Assembly: GCA_030390025.1 (NCBI GenBank)
Contig: CM059432.1
Span: 86,244,001 to 86,308,000 of the forward strand
DNA: 64,000 bases
Direction: 5' to 3'
From: Squalus acanthias
Lineage: Eukaryota
Part shown: positions 13,440 through 24,691 of the stretch, piece after piece
Layout: every line of letters begins with the position of its first letter
Position numbering within the stretch: the stretch's first letter is position 1
The notes under the pieces: model-generated
Told to the model about the DNA's origin: nothing
Seen by the model: the letters and a program-made list of their open reading frames with translations, nothing else
Database searches by the model: none
Translations under genes and position numbers: made by a program

Positions 13440-13815
13440 GTTCAGCTGCTTATTCAGAACAGGAAGATCCAACATTCAATCCATGGTCTTTGTTGAATTA
13501 GTTGATCTGAATTTGGATGGCATAGAGCCATTAAAATTGGTCTCTTTAGCCGTGGGTTAGAGAGGGAGAAAAATCAACCAGGGTTTCTGCTCCTGATCAC
13601 GTTTCAGAGACCTCTGCAGGAAATGTACGTTTGGATGCCAAGTAAAGATAGGATTGGACTCTACTGAAATGCCCCCATAGTAGAATTGCCTGCCACCATT
13701 CATGGTCTAGGTTCACTGAAGAAGAATAGCCACTTGGGTGCAGTATCGAAGGGCAACCACTGAGTCATACCTCAGCAAAGAAGTCAATTGCTTAGGAGTT
13801 GGGAGGAAACAATTG
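13440..13815 (+). mobile_element. Old SINE-like repeat (other copies ~5010-5165, 6545-6577 + 8080-8320, 58880-59080 minus)
   Basis: Shared GAAGAATRGCCAYTTGGGYGMRGTA and TTAGYTGATCT blocks; degenerate B-box-like head. Confidence 0.6.
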
Positions 13816-14219
13816 GCAGAAAAGGGGGAATAAATAAAACACAGAAATAAGAAACCACTGGTAAGTACCAGTAATTATTATGCATATATAGTCAAGACCA
13901 ATTTTAAGGACCATCAATATGACCCGAAGTTCATTCAAAATTTTAGCAGTACTTATCCTTATTTCTTAGTATTTGATGAAAACTTTATTTAATTAACACT
14001 ACACTCTTTCATCACCTGCTGTAGCCTTGGAACCTAATAATTTTGCTGAGTTTTTCACCTATCTTCTCCCTCCCTTACCACCCTCTTGAAGCTCAACTCA
14101 TCCATGACGAACACATCCTGTTCCCTGGATCCATTCCCTATTCACTACTGACAAGTAAACTTCCCTTTCTGGGCCCCAAGCCTAGTTCCCTGCCCGGAGA
14201 CACCACTCTAACTCTTTCA

Positions 14220-15905
14220 AAGTTGCTGTCATAACTCCTACTTCAAAAATACCATCCTCAGCCTATTTCCAATTTCCCTTTCCTCTCTAGGTCTTTGCCT
14301 CCCAGCTCCATGCCTACTTCTCCTGAAACTCTGTGTTTAAATCTTTCCAGTCTTCCCTAGACAAAGTTATGAATGACATCCTGTATAACTGTAATCGTGG
14401 TATATTATCCTTCCTCGTCCTTTCAGCAATATTCAATACAGTTCACTATGTCATTCTCCTCCAGTGCCTCTTCTCTGCCATCCAGCTCCATGGGACTATC
14501 CTTTCATTCCTACCTATTTGAATGCAATTTGTGCATCACGGTGGCATAGTGGTTAGCACTGGTGCTTCACAGCGCCAGGGACCCGGGTTCGAATCTGACC
14601 TCGGGTGACTGTCTGTGTGGCGTTTGCACATTCTCCCCGTGTCTGCGTGGGTTTCCTCCGGGTGCTCCGGTTTCCTCCCACAGTCCAAAAATGTGCGGGT
14701 TAGGTTGATTTGGCTATGATAAATTGACCCTTAGTGTTAGGGGGGGATTAAATATGTGGGGTTACGGGGGTAGGGTGGGATATGTGTACTGTGGGGATTA
14801 AAGCAGGGGACAGGGTACTGGATTTGGATGATCAGCCATGATCGTATTGAATGGTGGAGCAGGCTCGAATGGCCTACTCCTGCTCCTAGATTCTATGTTT
14901 ATGTTTCTATCTCCAGCAGTGGCTTCTCTTCCCTCCCTTTACACCGTCACCTTGAAGGATCTTTCCTCATCTCCCTCCTCTTCCTTATCTACATGCTGTT
15001 CCTTGGCAGTATTATCCATAAGCATGGTGGTAGCTTTCATCTGTATGCTGGTAATATCTAGCTCTACCTCTTCACCACTCCAGCTCTGCCTCTCCACCAC
15101 TTTTCTTGACCCCTTAGTTGTCTCCATCAGACTGCCTCTCCAAAATCAAATCTTGGACAAGTCGCAACTTCCTCCAGTTCAACATCAGGGATACTGAAAC
15201 CATAAATTCTGCTCCCCAGCCATTAATTCCATACCCCTCCCCAGCCACTTCTTCAGGCTTAACCAAACTGTTTATAATCTTGATAACCTGTTCCATCCTG
15301 AACTGAACTTTAAACCCCACATCCCATCTATCTACAAGAATGTTTACTTCCGCCTCTGCAATATTGCCTAGCTCCACCCCTACCTCAGCTGAAATCCTCC
15401 AATCTGCCTTTGTCACTTCCAGACTTTTCTACTCCAACCCTCATCTTGCTGGCCTCCTATCTTCCAACCTCCAATCTGTCCAATACACTGCTGCATGTAT
15501 TCTATTCCACATTAAGTCCCATTCATCTAGCACCTCCATGTTGGCCAATTTACACTGGCCAGACCCTGAAGCATTCCTCCATGGCCCTGCCCTGATCGAC
15601 CTCATTTCCTGCAGCCCTATACCCCTCCTTAAAGCTGCAGTCCTCCGATTCCAGAATGCTGAACATCTACCACTGGCAGCAGCACTTTTGATCACTTTGG
15701 TGAACTCCAAACTAAAACCTTCCTTCCTCTCCATCTTTCACTTCTCCTTTAAAATCCTCAAAAAACAGTTTTGACCAAACTTTCGATTGCTCTCCTAATC
15801 TCTTCCTTCTTGGCTCAACACTTGCTTTCCTTACGTGCATTTGTAAAGCACTTTGGGGAACTTTTTCCATTAAAGGTACTATATAAATGCAAACTATTGT
15901 TGTTG
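14220..15905 (+). mobile_element. Degraded L2-like LINE (RT and 3' tail), interrupted by the HE1-type SINE
   Basis: AFVTSRL.YSN..LAGL-like coding; L2-type tail TAAAGGTACTATATAAATGCAAA..TTGTTG. Confidence 0.75.
14533..14908 (+). mobile_element. HE1-type V-SINE (tRNA head, V domain, CR1-derived tail)
   Basis: A box TGGCATAGTGG, B box GGGTTCGAATC, V-domain GGGTTTCCTCCGGGTGCTCCGGTTTCCTCCCAC, CR1-type tail. Confidence 0.9.
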
Positions 15906-16125
15906 AAATTGCTTTAATTATTTGTGTTACAAAATAGAAGGAATGCACAAACATCTATTTTACCGTGTGTGGGTTGTTGCAAAACTTCTGCTATCTTGAT
16001 GTGACATCTTTTCTCTTGCATCATTAAGAAGGATGTCTTCACACCCCTAATAAATGGCATATTTAGTTGTTGAGTTTGTGTTCAGTTTAAAATCTAATTT
16101 GAAATTTTACCATAGTAATACTTAC

Positions 16126-16177
16126 CCTATTGCAAAATACGAAGAGTTTGGACACTTCATTTTCCTCATTTGTGGCT
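16126..16177 (-). CDS. Candidate internal exon of an unidentified host gene
   Basis: T-rich acceptor ending TTTAG, donor AGG|GTAAGT; open in two frames (ATNEENEVSKLFVFCNR or PQMRKMKCPNSSYFAI). Confidence 0.45.
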
Positions 16178-17685
16178 CTAAAAAAAGATGGTATCATTTT
16201 TTTCCAATACAGTTTCAAATCTAGTAAAATATTTTCAGAAAGGATGTTTTACTTGTTTATATTCCTATATTGGTGTGAAATAAGACTCCACTATTGCAAG
16301 TTCCACTTACTCAGAGAGAAAGTAATGTACACAGTAGAAGTTCTGTATTAGGGTATTACCCACAGCAAACCAGTTTCCTTTATTTATTAATTCCTATTAA
16401 GCAAAGACTGTTTAGAAATTAAGTGTAAGGACAATAATATTACATGCAAGTATCTAAGAGGGTATTATACAGGACTACTGAACATTCATGGCACACCAAT
16501 AACATAATAAAGTTATGCAAAATCTACTCATACAATCTATATTTCATTAGTTTCTTAAACAAAATCAGCATTTATCAAAGTATGAGCAGTTAGTTAAAAC
16601 CATCCTAAGAAAATAGTAATTCCTTTAATTTAGTTATACCAATTGGTTCAATAATAGTCCAGTTTCAGCACAGGTTAATACATACTATAAAACACAACAC
16701 TAGTGTAAAACCTTTCTATTAACTTGTATGCCATTCAAATATATTTGAAAAGGGAAGAAAAAGTGCTTCAGTAAATTTTCTAGAGGTAACTGTACTGCAA
16801 TTTTCATAAAATGTAATTATTAATACTATCAAAGTTACACATACTTTAATTTAATTAAAGATGTGCATATATTTTAATAAATCACCATTAACATTTGCCA
16901 CTTTATTGAGAACAGTTCCTTCAGATCTGCTTGAATAAAATGAAGGAATGATCATTTTGAGCTGTTGATGAAATTCTGAGACCAAGGTAGGAATATGTTT
17001 GAATAATGTATGGATCATTGACCATTGTACCATCATAAACCTGTTTGGCCAACAATGCTTCAAGTTCACTGAACAGGTTTCAGGAGGTAACAGAAAGTTA
17101 TTTCTATGGAAGATTGCTATTAATTGGCAAGACCCAAAAGTTTAAAGGGTTGGTGAAAGGGTCTACGAAATATTGGGGTAAAAATTCAGTTGGTTGCGCC
17201 TCCCGTTAGCGCCTTAAGAGGGCGCTAATGGGGCGCAAAGCCGCTAACGCCCGGGCGCAGCGATGTTTGCGCCGCTCGGGAACTTAACTAGAGATTGTGC
17301 GGCGGCGCTAAAACTTACCGCTGCGACCACCTGCGCGCGCAGATTGTGACGTCATTCCATGGTGCAACGCCCTTGTGGCGCCCCGGAGCGGAAATTGAGT
17401 GGCGCCCCCTGCCTTACCGCCTGGCGCTTCCAACGACCGGAAGACTGGAACGCTATCAATCGCTGTGGGGCTGGGGGGGGCGCTATTTAAAGGGGGCCTC
17501 TTCCTGTCTTTTTCTGTGGTCGACATTTTTGCACCACTCGTTCTGAGAGAGAGAGAGAGATTCGGAGAGAGAGAAAGAGAGACTTCTACATTGACTCAAC
17601 GCTTTGTGAGGTAGTTTTGCCTATTGATCCTAACTTTGCTGCTACTTTAGTTGCTGTCCTTCATTACTTTGCTTGCAAAGAGAAT

Positions 17686-18837
17686 ATGGGGGCTGCACTG
17701 ATTGGGGGCGTCGTCCTGCTCCAGCTGAATCGGAGGATACAGAGACGCAGAGAGAGAGTGGCAATGATGGCCAGACGGAGGAGGGCCATCAGGCGTATGT
17801 ACAGGAGAGCTTACCCTCCCAGGGTATATCGTGAACAGCTCTCCTACATCCATATGTCCGAGGAGCTGTGTTTGCGAAGGCTGCGATTCAGCAAGGAGGT
17901 GGTCACTGAGCTCTGCCACCTGCTGCAGCCAGATCTGCAGCCTCAACTGAGGTCCAGGACGTCTCTGTCGGTGGCAGTGAAGGTCACAGTGGCTTTGAAC
18001 TTTTACGCTACTGGCTCATTTCAAGCTGCTGCTGGGGACCTCGCCAATATCTCCCAGTTCGCGGTGCATTGCTGCATCCGGCAGGTCACAAATGCCCTCT
18101 TCAAAAGGAGACGAGAGTTCATCTCTTTCCCCATGACCCCAGACAAGCAGCGTGACCGCGCTCTGGGCTTTGCGAGGGTAGCGGGCTTCCCCATGGTGCA
18201 GGGCGCCATTGACTGCACGCATGTGGCTTTGCGTGCTCCGCATGAGAATGCTGAGGAATTCAGGAACAGAAAGGGGTTCCATTCCTTGAATGTCCAGTTG
18301 GTCTGTGACCACAGACAGCTGATACTCGCTGTCAATGCCCAGTATCCTGGCAGCTGCCACGATGCTTTTATCCTGCGCCAGACTACTGTGGCAGAACTTT
18401 TCGAGGCACCGCATCAGCCAGTTGGTTGGCTTCTCGGGGACAAGGGGTATGCATTGAGCACCTGGCTGATGACACCGCTCCGTACGCCCAACACCCCTGC
18501 TGAGCTGCGGTACAATGAGAGCCATCAAGCTACCAGGAACATTATTGAGCGCACAATCGGCGTGCTGAAGCAACGGTTCCGCTGTCTGGACCATTCTGGA
18601 GGAGCCCTGCAGTACTCGCCTGAGCGAGTATCGAACTTCGTAGTCGTGTGCTGCATGTTGCATAACATGGCAATCCTCAGGACCCAGCCAATGCCACCAG
18701 GCCTTGGAGCACCACCAGAGGAGGAGGAGGAAGAGGAGGAGGACGATGATCATCAGCAGCACCAAGGCGGGAGGGCGGCCCACAATGGTCAAACTGCAAG
18801 GGCCGTCCGTCAACGGCTAATAGCAAGCCGCTTCTAG
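17686..18837 (+). CDS. Harbinger DDE transposase (HARBI1-like), 383 aa
   Basis: Uninterrupted ORF from ATG 17686; GAIDCTH, HDAFI, GDKGY, IERTIGVLKQRF, LHN motifs. Confidence 0.95.
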   Translation: MGAALIGGVVLLQLNRRIQRRRERVAMMARRRRAIRRMYRRAYPPRVYREQLSYIHMSEELCLRRLRFSKEVVTELCHLLQPDLQPQLRSRTSLSVAVKVTVALNFYATGSFQAAAGDLANISQFAVHCCIRQVTNALFKRRREFISFPMTPDKQRDRALGFARVAGFPMVQGAIDCTHVALRAPHENAEEFRNRKGFHSLNVQLVCDHRQLILAVNAQYPGSCHDAFILRQTTVAELFEAPHQPVGWLLGDKGYALSTWLMTPLRTPNTPAELRYNESHQATRNIIERTIGVLKQRFRCLDHSGGALQYSPERVSNFVVVCCMLHNMAILRTQPMPPGLGAPPEEEEEEEEDDDHQQHQGGRAAHNGQTARAVRQRLIASRF

Positions 18838-19131
18838 GGCCCCTGCCATTGCTAACAACATTAATGAACCCAGCACGCAACCCCTAAGCCGGCCAAGGCA
18901 CCAATAATTCCAACCACCAACCATGTATATTTTGAATACAGAAACTTATTTATTTTACAAACTCTGTGTGTGTCAATTCCTCATGACAAACTCATAGAAA
19001 TAAACACAAAAAAACAGTCAATAACATAACTGGTTCTCACAACCTGGAGATAATGTCCAAAACACTAAACAAAAGTTGGACCATGAACCTCGACCTTTAA
19101 TAAAAAAATGACCAGCATTTTGTCACACCTC

Positions 19132-21008
19132 CTACTTTTTGCCCTTCGAGGGTGATCTCCTTCCCTTGCGCACTTCCCCCCTTCTAACCCTACTGCTCCT
19201 CCGTAATGGGACCTCAGTGGCTGCAGCAAGGCTGGTGGAAGGCTGCTGCTCGTCAGACCCTGACACTGCAGATGCCCCTGAAGGACGGCCTCGACCAGTT
19301 CTGGGCCTGGAGGGCCCGGCTGCAGACTGCACCAACTCTGCATGGGCGGCAGCAGTCTGTCCTACAGGCGGTGGCAAGTGCAGTGGAGAAGTGACAGTGT
19401 TGGCAGCAGGAATGCTGTCATCGTGAGAGAGGACAGCAACTCCCTGCTCGCCCGACACACTGGCACTCCCACGGGGCAGCACTTCAGCATCCGGAGCAAT
19501 CTGCCGGAGAACAGATTGCTGGCCTGCTGCGGCGCGGTGACAGCCCCGGGGACATGTGCACGAACCATCGAGGTTGGCAGCAGTCTGTGCTCGCGTGGCC
19601 TCAATCTGAGTCTGTATGAGAGCAGTCAGAGATGGGATCACGGCAGCCAGTGACTGAATTGCAGCACTAAGCGTTAGTGTGGCATCCGCCTGTGCTACAG
19701 CGAAGTGCTCCACACTCCTTGCCAGTGACTCAATGCATTCGGGCACCCTTCCCACTGCACCCATGAGCTCAGTGTGCATGCCCACCGCCTGGGTGTTCAT
19801 TTCTGCGATCAGCCGCTCCTCCTCTGCGTCCATTGCAGTAGGAGTGTCTGGCATACTCTCCCTCTGGGGAGAAGGCCCCCGTTCTTCCCTACCCCCCCCA
19901 TGGCGTTGCTGCAGCCCGCTGGGTCCTGGAGCTTCACCCTCATCAGACCCTTCCCCCCTGCTCCCCTCCAGGGAAGGCGTGTTCCCAGTGTGGGCATGGG
20001 CTTCCTCGGGAGAGGGTGGCACTGATGCTCTGGCTTCCTCTTCCTCCTCAGCTGCAGCATCACTCCCAGTGGCAGCTTCAGGGCCCGTCTCCTCAGCTGG
20101 TGAATCACCATCTGAAAGCAGGGAGGTACAAGAGTGGCTTTAGCGTGAGGACAGGGTGGCAGTAAGGGAGGAATAAGTGCAGCGAGTTAGCAAGTTGGAT
20201 TGAAAGTGTCAAAGGCTGGTGTTGTGAGGGACAAGTGGAAGGACAGAGGACAAAAAGGTGATGACCTTACCATTGCTGTCCAGAACGGGGTCGGCGTCTC
20301 CAGTGGCGACGGGACCGATCACCCGGCTTGCCACGATCATGTGGACGCGTTCCTCAAGATCGCTGAGGGGTTGCAGCTGAGGCCGCCCTCCACCTGTCCG
20401 TTGCTGCTGTCTCCGATTATGCGCCAGCTTGGCCTGTAAGAAAAAGGACAGCATCTGAGTAAATATACAGCCATGGTCTTGCCTGATGTGCCTCCCATAG
20501 GTGAATAGCCCTTACTGTATACAGCCATGGTCTTGCCTGATGTGCCTCCCATAGGTGAATAGCCCTTACTGTATGCAGCCATGGTCTTGCCTGATGTGCC
20601 TCCCATAGGTGAATAGCCCTTACTGTATGCAAAGTGTGGAATGTGTGTGTGTGTTTGATGAAAGGGCCATAGGTGTTGGATGAGTGTTGTGCATTGGGGT
20701 TTTAAGACCCTCTGGCCATAGAGTGAGGTTGAGATGGAGGGATGGAGAGGTATTGAGAAAAAGCCACTCACCCTGACGACCCGAGTGAGGTCGTTGAACT
20801 TTTTGCGGCATTGAGTATGGGTCCTGGGCACCATGCTCCTGGAGGAGACGCTCTGAGCCACCTCCCTCCACACTCTTCTGAACTCGTGTGGCAAAGGCCT
20901 CCTGCCACTCTCAGGGAAGAGCATACATCTTCTGCGCTCCACCGCGCCAACCAGAGCATCCAAGGCCCGCTCGGTGAAGCGATGAGCGCGTTCTCTCACC
21001 CTCTCCAT
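19132..21008 (-). CDS. Harbinger Myb/SANT-like DNA-binding protein, 3 exons (21008-20772, 20433-20271, 20111-19132), 459 aa
   Basis: RFTERALDALV..W.EVA..RT..QCRKKFNDL trihelix; GT-AG introns (phase 0 and 1) join to 1380 nt in one frame ending TAG. Confidence 0.9.
20467..20628. repeat. 3 x 54-bp tandem repeat in Myb intron 1
   Basis: Unit RCAGCCATGGTCTTGCCTGATGTGCCTCCCATAGGTGAATAGCCCTTACTGTAT, near identical copies. Confidence 0.97.
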
Positions 21009-21385
21009 GCTTGGCAGCAAAATGGATTCACAGGTCTCTCCAGGCCGAGATTCAAGGCTGCAATGAGCAGGGTGTGGCTGGGGAGCAAGTTGGCCCCCCC
21101 CGCTTTAAGAAGTGGCCGGCGCCAGTGTGTCTGTGTTCCCTCGCTAACTGGCAGCAGCTGTGCTGCGCTCGCGCGCTGAGTTAGCGCCTCACTCCTTGGC
21201 CTTTGCGCCTTAAGACAGGTGTGCAGCGCCTGATTTAGCGCTCCACTCACCTCCCGGGGCGGTAAAAGTGAAGTTTCCAGTCAGTGCCGATAATTAGCGC
21301 CAGGCGCTAATATTTGCGTCCAGACGATATTTGCGCCCCAAATGGGGCGCGACCTAATTTTTACCCCATTGTGTTTAAATCTCAA

Positions 21386-21431
21386 GGGGGAAAAATTCAT
21401 TTGCTTTGCACCTCCCATTAGCGCCCTAAGA
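21386..21431. mobile_element. Solitary Harbinger family-B terminus
   Basis: GGGGGAAAAATTCATTTGCTTTGCACCTCCCATTAGCGCCCTAAGA matches the ends at 17175 and 39270. Confidence 0.8.
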
Positions 21432-21799
21432 TACAGGACCACATAACAATATCATTCTTCCCTCCAAGAAAAGATATGGATGAAAACTGGCAGGACGTAA
21501 CAGTGACAGACGTAAAAAGTGGGAAAAAGATAAAGCATAAATTTTTTTTAAATGTATTCATGCACAAGACAAACATTCTCCCGCCTCCATTTTTCAGACA
21601 TTCTTTGTTGATAATTGTTACAATTCATGCTATTCCCAATAATGTTTACACATGCTCACAACAAAATTCAGCTTCCATAGGTAAGCCCATGCTTTCCTTG
21701 AACCGAAGCATGACCTTATGGGTAAATATCTGGAGCAGTGTCACAAGACAAAGAATTAACCTTTCTACCTTTGGAGTACGCACCAGAAATAATAAGATC

Positions 21800-22030
21800 T
21801 AGCATGGGAACACCATCACCTCCAAGTTCCCCTTCAAGTCACACACCATCTTGACTTGGAATGATATCGCTGTTCTTTCATTGTCGCTGGAACTCCCTAC
21901 CTAACAACACTGTGGGAGTACCTTCCCCACATGGACAGCAGCAGTTCAAGAAAATGGCTCACCACCACCTTCTCAAGAGCAACTAAAGATGGGCAATATA
22001 TGCTGACCTTACTCGCGACACCCATAATCC
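21800..22030 (+). mobile_element. LINE 3' end (L2/CR1-group)
   Basis: Homologous to the 3' part of 48545-49200. Confidence 0.7.
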
Positions 22031-22041
22031 CAATAATTAAT

Positions 22042-22786
22042 GGCCCAAAAATTCGGCTGAATACGGGAGAGTATGAACTGTGCACTCTCGCGTATTCAGT
22101 CCCGAAGTGCCGGTTTCCTGCATGCACTGCGCATGCGCGGGAAACCGGCACTTCGGGTATGGCGAAGGGGGCGGTTCTTAAGTGAACCGCGTGCGCACTA
22201 CAGGCTGCGCGCATGCAGCGCACTTAGGTTTTTTTTCAGGTTTCAACGCGAAGGTAAGTATGGAAGATTTTACACGTGAAGAAAGGAGGCGTAAGACCCC
22301 CTTTTAACAAGGTAAGTAGTTAATTAAGTATTATTTTACATTTTTTTCAACAGGTTTATCTTTTTTAGAGACTTTAAAGAAATATAAGTTTATTTTTATA
22401 ACTTTTAAAAAATTTAAATTTTTGTTTAAAGTGGTTAATTTATTTAACTATAGTTATTTTATTAATGTGATAGGTTTTTAAAAAAATTTATTTGAGGTTT
22501 AGCTGTTCTTTTGGGGGCAATTTGTATTCATAGTTTTGACAGTTCTCCTGTCAAAGCTATGAATGAAAGATGGTGTGCTGCCATTGGCTCTCCATGCCCC
22601 ACGTGATCCCAGAGGTCGCATCGAACTAACTGCGCCTCTGGGACACGCACACACTGCGCGCTGGCACCAGGGAGAGGCCCAGGAGCTGAAGTTCGTGTGG
22701 GCCCGAAACACAACGGCCGGCGCGGAGTGTGATATCGCGGGGGATCCTTACCCCCGCGGCAAGACTCCGAGTCAAATTTCTGGGCT
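22042..22786. mobile_element. Harbinger-type MITE
   Basis: TIRs GGCCCAAAAATT / AATTTCTGGGCT, TSD AAT. Confidence 0.8.
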
Positions 22787-24229
22787 AATATTTTTTTTAA
22801 AACAGCCTCATCAACTTGTCCTGCCACCTTCGAAGATTTATGTATGTGAACCCCCAGGTCTCTTTGTTCCTGCACCCTTTAACATTGTACTATTTAGTTT
22901 ATATGGAACATTCATTATGGCTCCTGTGCTGGTGGCTCCCTAGGGTGCTCCTTTGCTGTGCAACTCTATCCTTGGCCATCCGTTGCCCTTTCTCCCCCAA
23001 TCTCCTTTCTTCCACTGTTTAAGTTCCCCTGGCTCTAATAGTGTGCGCATTTTAGCCCTAACTACAAGTTAACTGCTCGTTTAAAGTTATCTGGGCCAAC
23101 TGCCCATCCCCCGGCCATGCCTGCTCTTTGTTTTCCTCAGTGACACTGGATTTTTGATCAAATTTGGCTTCCAAATTCTTGGACTTCTCTGGACATCAAG
23201 ACTTATGCTTCTGCACTGGACTACACCGTAAAACTCATCTGCTGTGTCTCTGATCTGCTATTCAGTTACTTAAATTTTAAAGTAACTTTGTCTAGTCTAC
23301 AGCTCATCGCCCACTGCTGCTGTTACCTGTTGAGCATATGACTGTCCTACTGGTTTTTTCAGCTTCGGCTAGTCTGATTCCTGGCCAGAAATTCACTCTC
23401 CTGGACCGAAGTCCATTTCACCGCTGCCTCTGGATCTTATGGTGACCTCCAACTTCGCCACCATTTTACTGCTCCGTGATCGATTCTGCACAGGTCCTGG
23501 TTCTTCATTTCCACGGAAATACCTCCAGCAGTGCATCCTCCAATACTCTACCCTTCAAGTAGCTTCTAGACTCACTCGTCCTCCACACCTGTCTCTGAAC
23601 AGTTTGTCACTACTCCAAGCTGACTCCACCCTACCTGCATCAACTTTTTCCCACCACGGGACCTCTGACTTTAACTCTGGACTCCCTCCTGTTGTCTTCT
23701 CACTAATCCCCTTTCACTACCAGGACATATCTATCCTAATCTTGCTATGCAACCAGGCCTATGTAACTTGAGTTTCCCTGTGTCTATTCGCGTGTGCATT
23801 TTGGCCGCCCATCACTTCTACTTCCCATTCCCACCCCTTTTTTCTTCTTTTCTCTTTTCCCCTTCTAGACCCCTCTCTCCTGCCATGCCTCCTTTCATTT
23901 CTCCCCTCTCAAGTACTCTGTCCTCCCAAATCCCTCCCCTAACCCTTCAGCACTCCTCAACCATCCTACTCTCCTGCTGCTATCCCAGGCTTGACACCCT
24001 CTGAAATAAGCCTACAGCTTCCTTATGTGCCTCTGTTGCCATCCTCCAAAGGGCCCATCAAGGCACTTGTCGCTGCCTCCTTACGAGCAGCAACCCCAAC
24101 TGCCCCAACCTATTCTCTTGCCAACCTTCCTGCCCAGCGCGCCCGCTGGGGGCTAATCTTTCCTACCTCCTTCACGTCCCACTCACCCCTCCCAATGCTA
24201 ACCCTGCCAGCTAATACCGCCCCATTCCG

Positions 24230-24690
24230 CATCTCCCCCCAGAACACCCGTTCACTTGTAAAAAAGTGCCTTGCCATCCACAAGCTTATTGTGGATGATT
24301 GCATCGACATCATGGCCTTGACGGAAACCTGGCTGAAGGGTGATGACACCTTCCCCCTAATTGAAGCCACCCCAACCTGGTTATATTTTCCACCACTTGC
24401 CCCGGTGTGGTTCTTATCACCAAATCACACACGGTCTGTCCCTCCACTCCTCTGGCAACTTCTCCTCCTTTGAACATCACACCCTGTTCCACCATTCTCG
24501 CCTCTCATTTAAAATCCTCGTTCTTTACCGACCACCCAAGTACCACGCCAAATTTCTCAGCCAGATATCTACACTGCATTCCTCCCTCAGACTCTGTACC
24601 GAACGACTTCTCATCCTCGGTGATTTCAACCTCCATCTCAACTCATCATACTCTCTCTCCTCTGAGTTTATTGCTCTCCTATCCTCCCTT
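24230..24690 (+). mobile_element. L2-like LINE APE endonuclease fragment (5' region probably extends to ~23000)
   Basis: NTRSL..K, ALTETWL, LYRPPK, ILGDFNLH motifs. Confidence 0.82.
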
Positions 24691-24691
24691 A

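Larger units (their letters stand above)
17175..21367. mobile_element. Apparently intact autonomous PIF/Harbinger transposon (family B, 4193 bp)
   Basis: Perfect 12-bp TIR GGGGTAAAAATT, TSD ATT, two intact convergent genes, subterminal GGCGCTAA repeats. Confidence 0.96.

Noticed and set aside
14533..14605. tRNA gene
   Set aside because: It is the tRNA-derived head of a SINE, continuous with the V domain
18016..18813. 265-aa antisense ORF
   Set aside because: Shadow frame of the GC-rich transposase with no recognisable motifs
17686..18837. Domesticated host HARBI1/NAIF1 gene pair
   Set aside because: Flanked by TIRs and a TSD, with degraded paralogues and MITEs in the same window; it is a transposon, so no gene symbol was given
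20467..20628. CRISPR-like array
   Set aside because: Head-to-tail repeats with no unique spacers, inside a eukaryotic intron
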